Origin: a virus
Taxonomy: Duplodnaviria > Caudoviricetes
Direction: 5' to 3' (one strand)
IMG/VR virus record: IMGVR_UViG_3300027861_000021
Span: 2,242 to 66,241 of that record
DNA length: 64,000 bases
Shown: piece by piece, positions 40,126 through 48,727 of the stretch
How the letters are laid out: every line of letters starts with the position of its first letter
How positions within the stretch are numbered: position 1 is the stretch's first letter
The notes under the pieces: generated by a model
Told to the model about the DNA's origin: nothing
The model's input: only the letters and a program-made list of their open reading frames with translations
The model's database searches: none
Program-made: the position numbers and the translations under genes

Positions 40126-40269
40126 CTATTCTACCTCTACCTTCTTAGCAGCCTGTGCTGCCTGTATAAGCTGCGATACTTCTTGGAAGGGCTTAGTAAC
40201 CAAATACTGTAGTAAGGCATTCAGCGTTGATTCTGGTAGGGTGTATAGGTCTTCTTGTTGTTCAGTCAT
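40126..40269 (-). CDS. small hypothetical protein (47 aa, not in the ORF track)
   Basis: LLQYLVTKPFQEV.QLI motif; fills the operon gap exactly. Confidence 0.55.
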   Translation of the reverse strand: MTEQQEDLYTLPESTLNALLQYLVTKPFQEVSQLIQAAQAAKKVEVE

Positions 40270-40522
40270 CTTCTTCAATCTCCACATTGACAGGCTGTAT
40301 TGCCTGACCTGATCTTATGTTTGGTTTGGCGTGTGCCTTTACGTTTGCTTCTATCTCTGCTCGTAACTCTCTTATCTCTTCTCGTACAGCCTCTGTTACT
40401 AGCTTACCACGTTTATATAATGTCCAGCAAGGTTCACAGTAATAACGGTGTGGATTAATACCACAGCCTACTTCTGATTCAGCACCACAACCACAGCAAG
40501 GGTCTTCTATTTCATTACTCAT
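40262..40522 (-). CDS. small Cys-rich protein
   Basis: CCGC..YCEPC; first gene after promoter P5. Confidence 0.6.
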   Translation of the reverse strand: MSNEIEDPCCGCGAESEVGCGINPHRYYCEPCWTLYKRGKLVTEAVREEIRELRAEIEANVKAHAKPNIRSGQAIQPVNVEIEEDD

Positions 40523-40571
40523 AACTTATTCCTTTAGTTGGAGATATGGGTCTAGTTAGTAGTATAAGTAT

Positions 40572-40600
40572 ATTATAGCATATCTAACCTAAATTGTCAA
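40572..40600 (-). promoter_or_regulatory. sigma70 promoter P5
   Basis: TTGACA-17 bp-TATAAT on the minus strand, extended -10. Confidence 0.85.
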
Positions 40601-40810
40601 GTACTATTTTATAACTAACTGTAATCATCCTAGTCTTTTTTATTATATATACTAACAACCATAACTCCAATTAGTTTTAATAGTTTCATACTTCCTCTTC
40701 TTCTAAGTCAAATGGTATAAATGTAGTAACACCATTAACACATATCTCATAACCATCTTTATATACCTGTACTATTTCTGCTTCTATTTCTACTGTGCTG
40801 TATAACTTCT

Positions 40811-41032
40811 TCATTTCTTCTCTCCTTTGAAGCAGCTTAGTCCTGCACTAGCACTGTTACCACTCCTAGTCGTATAGCTCCAACACACAGCACCATCAGG
40901 CATCTCACATCTGGACCACTTCCATCCATGATCTACACAGAAGATTTTAGAGTCCTCGGTTTCAGGAGCATTAACAGTTTTATTGTGGGTATCACATCCT
41001 GCAATCAATAATATCAATAGTAGTACTCTCAT
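40811..41032 (-). CDS. small lipoprotein
   Basis: MRVLLLILLIAG-C lipobox; four further Cys. Confidence 0.7.
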   Translation of the reverse strand: MRVLLLILLIAGCDTHNKTVNAPETEDSKIFCVDHGWKWSRCEMPDGAVCWSYTTRSGNSASAGLSCFKGEKK

Positions 41033-42459
41033 TACTTCTCCTTTGGGTTAAACCAGTCAGGAATCTGACCGTACTTCTCTGCTCTCTCTATCCACAGGTC
41101 ATAGTCTGAGTCTAGAATATGCGTTTCACCATAGTCATCAGGCGTTCTACAAATCCTACCTGATGCTTGGAGGAGGTCTTTGGAGGTGAGCCAGATGTAG
41201 TCTCTGGGTTTATTGGCAGCCAAGAATCTATAACTTGGGGAGACAAGAGACTTGAAGGGGATTTTAGTGATGATCTGGAAATGTCCCGCATCATATTTAA
41301 GGTCGATTCCCTCTGCCATGCCGCTTCCAACGAATACCGCACCAGTGCTTGCTGGCAATGAGAGAAAGTACTCGAATCGCTCACGCTTGTTGGTGTTGTT
41401 ATGGAATATGAATCGGTCGGACGGTAACTCATCTCGTAACATTCTTGCCAGTTCATAGGTGGCGTGGATAAATCCTTTACGTCCTTCGTTTTTACTGACA
41501 ATTCCTTCGATTTCTTTAACGAGTAGTGGCATTGTTCCATGTTTATTCCTCATGCTCATTGAGCCAACAGGGTTGTAGATAATTGGTCTGCGTTTCTCTG
41601 CAATCTCTGAATCAGCCTTGATATAAAGTACTCTACGGTCACTAAGACCCATGTTTTCTACATCTGACTCACCAATTGTAGCACTCATTAGTACCATCTT
41701 CTTGGTTTTCTTAGGCCAGAAGATAGGTGCCTCTGCACTTACATCCATAGGTAGCAGCTTGATACACTCACGTTCCTCACCTCTGTACCAGTCAGTTGTA
41801 AACTCAATAGTGGTGGCGGGGGTTAGGGATTTAATCTCTTGCTTCAGTTTCAACAAGGCACCATTCACCTCACCCAAACCCTCCAGCCAAAGCAGTATAT
41901 CATTGACAGATTTGACGTTACTTGGGTACTTGTGGATATGTTTCCATATCTTTGTAGCATGGATACCCTGTAGTACAGGTAACATCTGATGTGCTTCATC
42001 AATAATCATCACATTTCTGAACAGTTTTTGGGCCTGATAACCCATAAAGTTAGCAATAATAGGAGTGCCTACTCTTTTACATATCTTACGGTCTTCATTG
42101 TATTTACATCCTCTGGGACCAAACTTAATCCTATGCTTCACCATGAACTGTTTGACAGTCATATTATAACGAGGAAGAAAATATTCGTCTTGCTTCTTAA
42201 TGGTTCTTAGCCAGTCGAACTCGTCCAAATACTGTTGTCTCAATAAGTTATTCGGTACAGTGATGGCGGTACTGGCTTTGTTTGCCAAGCACCAGTTCTG
42301 TATGGTAATAGCTATCGCACTCTTACCTCCTGCAACGGGTATCTGCAAAACAAAAGTGTCGAACCTATTCCAATTCTTCTCTACACTCTTAAGAACCTCT
42401 ACTTGGCTGGGTCTTGGTTCGTCGTAGGGAAAGTATGAGAGTATATCCGTCTTATCCAT
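41032..42459 (-). CDS. DinG/Rad3-like SF2 helicase
   Basis: Q motif PRPSQ, PVAGGKS, DEAH, MSAT, QASGR..R..DYG. Confidence 0.9.
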   Translation of the reverse strand: MDKTDILSYFPYDEPRPSQVEVLKSVEKNWNRFDTFVLQIPVAGGKSAIAITIQNWCLANKASTAITVPNNLLRQQYLDEFDWLRTIKKQDEYFLPRYNMTVKQFMVKHRIKFGPRGCKYNEDRKICKRVGTPIIANFMGYQAQKLFRNVMIIDEAHQMLPVLQGIHATKIWKHIHKYPSNVKSVNDILLWLEGLGEVNGALLKLKQEIKSLTPATTIEFTTDWYRGEERECIKLLPMDVSAEAPIFWPKKTKKMVLMSATIGESDVENMGLSDRRVLYIKADSEIAEKRRPIIYNPVGSMSMRNKHGTMPLLVKEIEGIVSKNEGRKGFIHATYELARMLRDELPSDRFIFHNNTNKRERFEYFLSLPASTGAVFVGSGMAEGIDLKYDAGHFQIITKIPFKSLVSPSYRFLAANKPRDYIWLTSKDLLQASGRICRTPDDYGETHILDSDYDLWIERAEKYGQIPDWFNPKEK

Positions 42460-42543
42460 ATTTTAAATTCCTCCATAGTATTGAGAGTGTTACATAAATC
42501 TTCCTTACGTTTTCTTTTCTTATGTCCCATCTGTATCTCCTAG

Positions 42544-42735
42544 CTAGTCGTTTTGATTCTCTGTATTCTTCCGCTGTATTAGGCATATAATTTCCTCGTA
42601 GTGTGGGATGAATGGGTCTTGGTTACCAATTATATCTTTAAGTATCTCTTTCATACGTGTGTTCTCTTCAGTCAGTCTCTTCAACTCACTCACTGCCAGC
42701 TTTTGTACTGACTCTTCATTGTGTTCCACGTACAA
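42544..42735 (-). CDS. hypothetical protein
   Basis: Operon gene with AAGGAG upstream. Confidence 0.45.
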   Translation of the reverse strand: MYVEHNEESVQKLAVSELKRLTEENTRMKEILKDIIGNQDPFIPHYEEIICLIQRKNTENQND

Positions 42736-43246
42736 TCTCCTTTGCTCGTTCGATTAACTCTTCTTTCTTTGTATCACTAAGGCCGGACTTCCAACCCAGT
42801 GCAATAGCAACAGTCGCTTTACCCATATAGATTGCGTCCTGTTCATCACTCTTTACATAACCACCCCACCATTTAGCAATTGACTTCCATGTACTTACGT
42901 TAAGTTGGAAGAACTCGGAGGAATCAATACCTACAATGTATACACCACAAGCCTGAATCAGACTAGCCTGTGCTTTGTAGCCTTTGATTTCCTCAAGTAC
43001 CAATAGATCGTAGTGGTCGTGTATGTGCTTTAACTCTGCGGCTACATTACGTAACCTTTCAAATACAATCTTCTCTTCTGGAAATTCGATAGTGCCTGAA
43101 TCTACTAGAGCACCACCTTGAAAGACAGCATAGCCAGCTACTGACTTGTTACCTTTCTTATCGGTGGCACCACTAGTAGGATCAATAACGATCATAGAAC
43201 CAGAGAGAGCGGCTTTCCTTGAAGCAGCATTCTGTAGTAGAATCAT
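42716..43246 (-). CDS. RuvC-like Holliday junction resolvase
   Basis: IDP..GYAVF..LEE..WK..DEQDA. Confidence 0.75.
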   Translation of the reverse strand: MILLQNAASRKAALSGSMIVIDPTSGATDKKGNKSVAGYAVFQGGALVDSGTIEFPEEKIVFERLRNVAAELKHIHDHYDLLVLEEIKGYKAQASLIQACGVYIVGIDSSEFFQLNVSTWKSIAKWWGGYVKSDEQDAIYMGKATVAIALGWKSGLSDTKKEELIERAKEIVRGTQ

Positions 43247-44019
43247 CTAAAACCACCAATCTTTTTCATCATCATCTGTTCACTGTGTGGTTCATCTTGT
43301 GCTGCGTTCCATTCAAGTATTGCAGACTCAATGACATCCTCACTAAGCCCTGCCTCCTTGCCACTCTGCCAGAGGATATAGATATGCAGGTGCCTACCAC
43401 CCACACCTCTCCTCTGTAGTAAATTCATGTGGAAGTTCCTTACGTCACCTGTCACATCAATCGACATTGGGTTCACAGTTTTTTTCGGGGTTGCCTTAAT
43501 ATCAAGCTCCAGTAGTTCACCATCAAACTCGTTGGTCATTACTTTAGTTTTACCTGTCTTCTGATGTGTTGCAGATTCCATTCTAAACTGACCACCCTCA
43601 CGGTATACTGAGCTGTCTATAAACTCCCAAAGACCAACATCTTTAAGCCAAGCCGTTACTGTGTATAATGTATCAGTACCAGTAATGCGGCTACTGAGAG
43701 GGATATGGAAATGACAACCTCGATTACCAGTTTTGTACTCCTCGAAAGCAATACCCTGTCCAAGCAATACGTCACGAGACTCATCAACAAATTCAGGCTC
43801 ATCCACATCAATATATATTGTAGTACAAGATAGGGATAGTCCACTAAGGCCTGCGGTATTCCCATTAGCACGTATCCTATCAGCAACTGTTTCAGGATAG
43901 TCAAAGGTACTCCTAAAATTATAAATCGAGGGAGGAATAACTTCCCCTACCTCTACGATTATTGGGGGTCCGACACGGACAACTTCTTTCCTTACCTCAT
44001 GGTAAAAAAGCTCACTCAT
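43243..44019 (-). CDS. AEP-family primase-polymerase
   Basis: YIDVD, TGNRGCHFH, D.SVY..FR..H.KTG; PriCT-like tail with GGRH..WN. Confidence 0.82.
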   Translation of the reverse strand: MSELFYHEVRKEVVRVGPPIIVEVGEVIPPSIYNFRSTFDYPETVADRIRANGNTAGLSGLSLSCTTIYIDVDEPEFVDESRDVLLGQGIAFEEYKTGNRGCHFHIPLSSRITGTDTLYTVTAWLKDVGLWEFIDSSVYREGGQFRMESATHQKTGKTKVMTNEFDGELLELDIKATPKKTVNPMSIDVTGDVRNFHMNLLQRRGVGGRHLHIYILWQSGKEAGLSEDVIESAILEWNAAQDEPHSEQMMMKKIGGFR

Positions 44020-44158
44020 ATTTAGCTCCTTTTCGTCTGTTCTCTTCCGCTGTTAATATCTGCAAATTCAACAACTCATGATTACCTCCTTTATTCTTAG
44101 AAGATTTGTGGAATTGTTGTAATTCTTTGCTGACCTTACAGGTGCTACACTGTCTCAT
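44012..44158 (-). pseudogene. internally deleted HNH endonuclease (48 aa)
   Basis: MRQCSTCK..KGG joined in frame to NHELLNLQILTAEENRRKG; the DH catalytic segment is missing. Confidence 0.8.
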
Positions 44159-44298
44159 TTGCCACCTCTCTTTGTGTGATCTATAAGTTTTATAATCTCT
44201 ACTAAATGAGACCTTAATCCGTCAAGGTCTTTTAGTGGGTTGGCTGCTACAGTGTTCAGGAAATCAAAAAGTTCTTCTAGTCTTTCCTTAGTCATCGT

Positions 44299-45078
44299 CT
44301 ACTCCAGTGTGTTAATTAGTTTAATCTCAGTTGCTGACATAGAATTGAAAGGCTTAAACTCGCCAGATACAATATCAATTGGGTAACTGATAAGAGGACA
44401 TCCACTGAATACAAGTTTCACACTACCAAACAATGTCTTACGTTCTAGCTCGGTGGTTGATTCTCGTAACTCAGGAGTACAGCTTACAGTTTCAACTGCA
44501 TCAGCAGCACCATCTACTACAGCATCCATACCATATATCCAATAGTCATCTCTAACTCGTGCCTTAAAAGCAGGTAGTGGCATGTTCATTCTAAGTGCTT
44601 GTCGTACTGTTAGCTCAGATACCTGTCTTTCAATCAATGTAATCAAGGTTCTTTGTTGTGGAACAGGTGCTGCGGGAAGACTGTAACTAGCCTCGTGCTG
44701 CATGATGATCGAGTGACTCATAACAATACGTCTTGGACATTCCTGTAGGATAGCGAAAGCCATACTAGCAGCAAACTCTGCAATGCACACTATCTTTTTT
44801 TCAGTGGCTCGGAAATACGATATCAGTGCTGCTCCTGCTTGTACACTGCCTCCCGGACTACTAATGAAAAGGTACACGGTTTCGTCAGCCGTATCCTCAA
44901 TGTCATTAATAAGTTTGGAGATTGATTTGTCTCTAACAGCATCACTAAAAACCACCGTGTTGGTAGTCTTAAGTGTGATATCTGCTACAGTACTGTCTTG
45001 TTCGGCGACTGCCTCCCTAGCAAGTGGAACTGTGACTACTAGTGCTGCTACTACTGCTGCTTTAATAAGTGTATTCAT
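44299..45078 (-). CDS. ClpP-like protease with a signal peptide
   Basis: ISSPGGSV, AASMA, MQH, RDDYW; hydrophobic N-terminus ending AVA. Confidence 0.85.
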   Translation of the reverse strand: MNTLIKAAVVAALVVTVPLAREAVAEQDSTVADITLKTTNTVVFSDAVRDKSISKLINDIEDTADETVYLFISSPGGSVQAGAALISYFRATEKKIVCIAEFAASMAFAILQECPRRIVMSHSIIMQHEASYSLPAAPVPQQRTLITLIERQVSELTVRQALRMNMPLPAFKARVRDDYWIYGMDAVVDGAADAVETVSCTPELRESTTELERKTLFGSVKLVFSGCPLISYPIDIVSGEFKPFNSMSATEIKLINTLE

Positions 45079-45308
45079 CCTTGGTACTCCTTTGGACCGC
45101 ATGTAATACGGTACTTTAATGGTTTAACTATATGGAACACCGCTACACAGGGGTTACGTGGTCCATAATCTTCTTTGCATGTTCTTTGTGCGTTGGTTAG
45201 TGTCCATTCATCTACCCAAGTAATCTCGTGTGCTACAGGTGCCTTGAGTTCAAAGAGAGGACAGACCAGATAGGCTGCGAGCAGTAGATTAGTCACGACT
45301 CCTCCCAT
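45075..45308 (-). CDS. small Cys-rich, probably exported protein
   Basis: Hydrophobic N-terminus and four Cys; coupled to the ClpP-like gene. Confidence 0.5.
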   Translation of the reverse strand: MGGVVTNLLLAAYLVCPLFELKAPVAHEITWVDEWTLTNAQRTCKEDYGPRNPCVAVFHIVKPLKYRITCGPKEYQG

Positions 45309-45520
45309 TCCTCAAGCTGTAATACTGCTAAGTCTAAAACTCCAATAGCCGCTGGTAGTTCTACAACGTCGGCAACAACTACACTTCTTGCAGCCTTGGC
45401 CACCTTACGGAGCAAGTGGATTTCTTTGATAAGCATAGGTACTTTACTTGCTAGATAGCTAGAACCTACATTGCTTGTCATTTCACGCTGTAAATCGTCT
45501 AATTGTTTCTCACTAAGCAT
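45293..45520 (-). CDS. hypothetical protein
   Basis: VP.LIKEI..LR motif; operon gene. Confidence 0.55.
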   Translation of the reverse strand: MLSEKQLDDLQREMTSNVGSSYLASKVPMLIKEIHLLRKVAKAARSVVVADVVELPAAIGVLDLAVLQLEEWEES

Positions 45521-45668
45521 TACTTGTCCCTTCTGGCTCAGTTAGCCAGTGTTAATTTAAAAAGCCGCCTATCGCAATAAGTGCGAGGAATATTATCATT
45601 ACTAGCAATATGTTATCAATCAAGCTCATTACTTGTTCCTTTCACGCTTATAGCTGATTTAATCATAG

Positions 45669-45827
45669 TTATTTGAACGGCTCATAATCGTCACAAACCG
45701 AATCCGCTAATTTATACCCTTCGTGTTTTTTGCATTGCATGGTTCGCTTGCCATCAATAAAAACAACTTTCTTACAATTTGAACACGTATTAGCCTGTCG
45801 AAAATTCGGATCTTTTTTCTTACTCAT
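45669..45827 (-). CDS. small Cys-rich protein
   Basis: CSNC..C.KH..VCD. Confidence 0.55.
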   Translation of the reverse strand: MSKKKDPNFRQANTCSNCKKVVFIDGKRTMQCKKHEGYKLADSVCDDYEPFK

Positions 45828-46161
45828 TACTTGTTCCCTCCACGCCACGGGCTTCACGGTCCTTGGTTCTGTTTTTCAATTCGTCAACAGCATGTGTCAG
45901 ATATGCACAGGCCCTAGCGTTCTCACGGCACGGATATTTAGCGTTCAACTTGCCTATAATCTGCAAGGCAGCATGTATCAGCGTATCAACTTGACAACCG
46001 TTCACACCGTTTTCTTTGATCGGGCCGTTTTGGATTTTGAATAAGATACTATTAGTCACATGATTAACTTCAATGTAACTAGGACTAGGGTGCTTCCAGT
46101 TTGTTTCAATAACCTTAAAGCCACCGATCTCTGTTACGCCTTTTAATGTTTCTAGTGCCAT
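45820..46161 (-). CDS. tad1: Tad1-family immune-signal sponge
   Basis: Q.GPIKENGVNG, CREN.RA and RT.DREARGVEGT match Tad1 hallmark motifs. Confidence 0.85.
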   Translation of the reverse strand: MALETLKGVTEIGGFKVIETNWKHPSPSYIEVNHVTNSILFKIQNGPIKENGVNGCQVDTLIHAALQIIGKLNAKYPCRENARACAYLTHAVDELKNRTKDREARGVEGTSNE

Positions 46162-46349
46162 TAGTATCCATCCCGAAACCATCCGGTTCCTTCTAAGTTA
46201 AAGCTCGTACCTGAGCTGATTTGTTTCTCCAATCCTTCAGTATTCTCACAGTGTTCACACTTTTCTGGTGGAACTTTGTAGTCTTTCATACTTCTGGATA
46301 CCACTGTAATTTGTTCACACTCTTTACAAAGCCAATCGTATTTAGGCAT
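46161..46349 (-). CDS. FmdB-family zinc-ribbon protein
   Basis: MP.Y.W.C..C..C..C..IS..F.L.G.GWF..GY. Confidence 0.85.
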   Translation of the reverse strand: MPKYDWLCKECEQITVVSRSMKDYKVPPEKCEHCENTEGLEKQISSGTSFNLEGTGWFRDGY

Positions 46350-46350
46350 C

Positions 46351-47079
46351 CTAAAATACCTCACCAATCCAGCGTCCACTCTTATCAAGTATCATAGGTA
46401 TCAACATTGGTACACCATATAGGATAACAGTACAACCAAGTAAAGGTCTATTAAGGTTCAGCTTATTATAGGCAAACGCTCGGCTCTTCTTATCAATTAA
46501 ACAACCAGACATTACCGCCCAAATTAATGAGTTAGGATTACCTGCATATTTAATACTGAAGTCTTCATGGAAGTGACCACAGATGAATCGTTGACCTCTC
46601 TGTTGTGCAACTTGTAGTGCATTCTTACGAATACCATGAGCTACATAAAGATCAGGCAGGTGTATTGATCCTGTTTCGATTGTTAAGTCATCAACAAATT
46701 TCCACTTTTCTCCGACCTCATAGATATCATTGTAGCTTTTGATTAAGTCCTTTGGAATACCATTTGCAAGGAACTTACGTAGTGGTAAATCACCGTGGTT
46801 ACTACCAACAATGTACTGCTCAGGGATAACCTTCTCCCACTCAGCGATCTTCTTTACTGACAGCTCTAGTTCATCACCAGCACTAAGTAAATCTGGATCA
46901 TTGTCATGGAAACTAATTGCATGGAAGTCCAGCATGTCACCCAGATTAATTACTAAATCCGGCGTATAACTTTTTTTCACTGCTTTGATAAATTCAAGTG
47001 CGTCTGGATGCTCATACGGAATGTGCAAGTCAGGCACCATCAGTATCACATCTTCTCTGTAATCTCGTTTAATTCTCAT
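46351..47079 (-). CDS. calcineurin-like metallophosphoesterase
   Basis: DLH, GD.LD, SNH, AHG, GHFH. Confidence 0.9.
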   Translation of the reverse strand: MRIKRDYREDVILMVPDLHIPYEHPDALEFIKAVKKSYTPDLVINLGDMLDFHAISFHDNDPDLLSAGDELELSVKKIAEWEKVIPEQYIVGSNHGDLPLRKFLANGIPKDLIKSYNDIYEVGEKWKFVDDLTIETGSIHLPDLYVAHGIRKNALQVAQQRGQRFICGHFHEDFSIKYAGNPNSLIWAVMSGCLIDKKSRAFAYNKLNLNRPLLGCTVILYGVPMLIPMILDKSGRWIGEVF

Positions 47080-47320
47080 TTGTTCTCCTCCATTTTACTA
47101 CCACAACTGGCAGTAATAATATTACATTTGCTGCGTAATTAAATATCAATGCTATATCCTTTAAGGACACTGCATACACGGCCATAAGAGCCTCTCCCGT
47201 AAACCATAAGATCAGGAACGGTGTTTGTACATCTGCTTTATTGTGTTTAATGGCTTCCCAACTGAGAGGCACAGCACATACAGCCAGAAGTACGGCACCT
47301 GCCCAACTAATCAGTTCCAT
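47069..47320 (-). CDS. PQ-loop/SemiSWEET-like three-helix membrane protein
   Basis: W.G..LLA.CAVP, F..LW..GE, NY..N; PL in place of PQ. Confidence 0.75.
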   Translation of the reverse strand: MELISWAGAVLLAVCAVPLSWEAIKHNKADVQTPFLILWFTGEALMAVYAVSLKDIALIFNYAANVILLLPVVVVKWRRTNEN

Positions 47321-47846
47321 CAGTGTCCTCCACTAGTGTTAGTCCAGTCTTCTTCTTCTCTAGTTTAGGAAGTCCTAACTTCTTTGTTAGGAACTCCTCT
47401 CTTACATCCTCGTCATCAGAATCGGGGCGCTTAAACAGTTCCTCTTCAATAGACATCCGTGCCGCCAATGCTTTCTTAGAGAATCCTTCTTCAAATGCTC
47501 TATCAAAGTTTGTTACTGTAGTCTCGGCCAGTGCAGCAAGTTGCATACCTGCTATGGTTATACGGTCTTCAAGCTGTGCCCAATCAACTGTTACATCATT
47601 GTGTAAATACAACAAACAGTTTACCATATCACCAAAGAACATTGCGTGACCTGTCTCATAGTTTTTCATGTGTAGTCCGGCACCAAGTCCTTCCAATTGT
47701 GAGTCCTCTGTAAATGAGAGTACCCATTCTTGTGGTTCTTGTAGAGCTGGTTTGATGTCAAAAGGTATGTGTATTGGGTATCTAGGATTGTTAGCTAACA
47801 TCACTGCCGCCAACTTGACTCCTATTGTTGCTATTAATTCTACCAT
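47307..47846 (-). CDS. hypothetical protein
   Basis: AAGGAG RBS; operon gene. Confidence 0.6.
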   Translation of the reverse strand: MVELIATIGVKLAAVMLANNPRYPIHIPFDIKPALQEPQEWVLSFTEDSQLEGLGAGLHMKNYETGHAMFFGDMVNCLLYLHNDVTVDWAQLEDRITIAGMQLAALAETTVTNFDRAFEEGFSKKALAARMSIEEELFKRPDSDDEDVREEFLTKKLGLPKLEKKKTGLTLVEDTDGTD

Positions 47847-47847
47847 C

Positions 47848-48030
47848 TTAAATCTTCTCCTTACAGTCAGGGCAAATGTAATACATTGTCATGTCTCTTT
47901 CTCGTGAATATATTCCTATCTCTCTGCGAAAATGTGTTGCTCCTCCATAGTATTTCTCTCGATACTCTTCTGGGATGGGTTCATCAATAAGTGTGGCCTT
48001 ACAATGAGGGCAGTTATCTAATTCGACCAT
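47848..48030 (-). CDS. zinc-ribbon protein
   Basis: CPHC..CPDC. Confidence 0.65.
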   Translation of the reverse strand: MVELDNCPHCKATLIDEPIPEEYREKYYGGATHFRREIGIYSRERDMTMYYICPDCKEKI

Positions 48031-48272
48031 TTCTTATCACTCCTTACGTTCTTTGGGTCAGCGACCACTGTGAATGTGTTGATACACTCGTCACATGTAC
48101 AAGTGATCTGGGATTCATCTACTAGTTCATCAAGATCATTGTCTTCAATCAGTTTACTAATGTGCCACTTAAGCATCTCAACAGCTAGTTGATTTTGCTC
48201 CAGTTCGTATTCAAGTAGTTCATAATCTGTCTGTGAGATACTTACAATCCCATCTTCCTCCAAGCCTATCAT
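48018..48272 (-). CDS. hypothetical protein
   Basis: GGAGG RBS; CTCDEC. Confidence 0.55.
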   Translation of the reverse strand: MIGLEEDGIVSISQTDYELLEYELEQNQLAVEMLKWHISKLIEDNDLDELVDESQITCTCDECINTFTVVADPKNVRSDKKWSN

Positions 48273-48727
48273 AGAATACCTCCTGCGTTACGCCACGCTT
48301 GATGAGCTTCCTCTGCCGTATCAAATGTGCCTAAGTAAATTTGTTTTCCGTTCACACCAACTCTAGCATTCCACTTACCATTAGGTGTTTGGTGTGTCCC
48401 CGGTAGATGTCCTTCTCTGTGTTCAACTCTATTGAGATTATTTACACTACGGGTAACGGTTCTCAGATTTGAGAGTCTATTGTCTGACCTGTCTCCATTA
48501 ATATGATCTATCTCTTTCCCTGTTCCTACAGGAACACAGGCTAGGTATAATGCCAGTCGGTGTGCTTGGTATTGTTTACCTTTAATCATAATCTTACGAT
48601 ATCCGTCAGGGCATAAACAACCTGCTTCGTCCCCAATATTGACTGGAGATTTCTTACTGGTCTTATACTTCCATTTAAGTATCCCTGTCTGCGGGTTGTA
48701 ACTTATATATCTTTCAGTTCCTATCAT
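48269..48727 (-). CDS. HNH homing endonuclease with an AP2-like domain
   Basis: AHRL..IDHINGDRSDNR..NLR; W.A.V..YLG.F.TAEEA. Confidence 0.9.
   Translation of the reverse strand: MIGTERYISYNPQTGILKWKYKTSKKSPVNIGDEAGCLCPDGYRKIMIKGKQYQAHRLALYLACVPVGTGKEIDHINGDRSDNRLSNLRTVTRSVNNLNRVEHREGHLPGTHQTPNGKWNARVGVNGKQIYLGTFDTAEEAHQAWRNAGGIL

Noticed and set aside
39731-40312. 193-aa plus-strand ORF and the many other antisense ORFs in the track
   Set aside because: They shadow well-coupled genes on the opposite strand and lack an RBS or recognisable motifs
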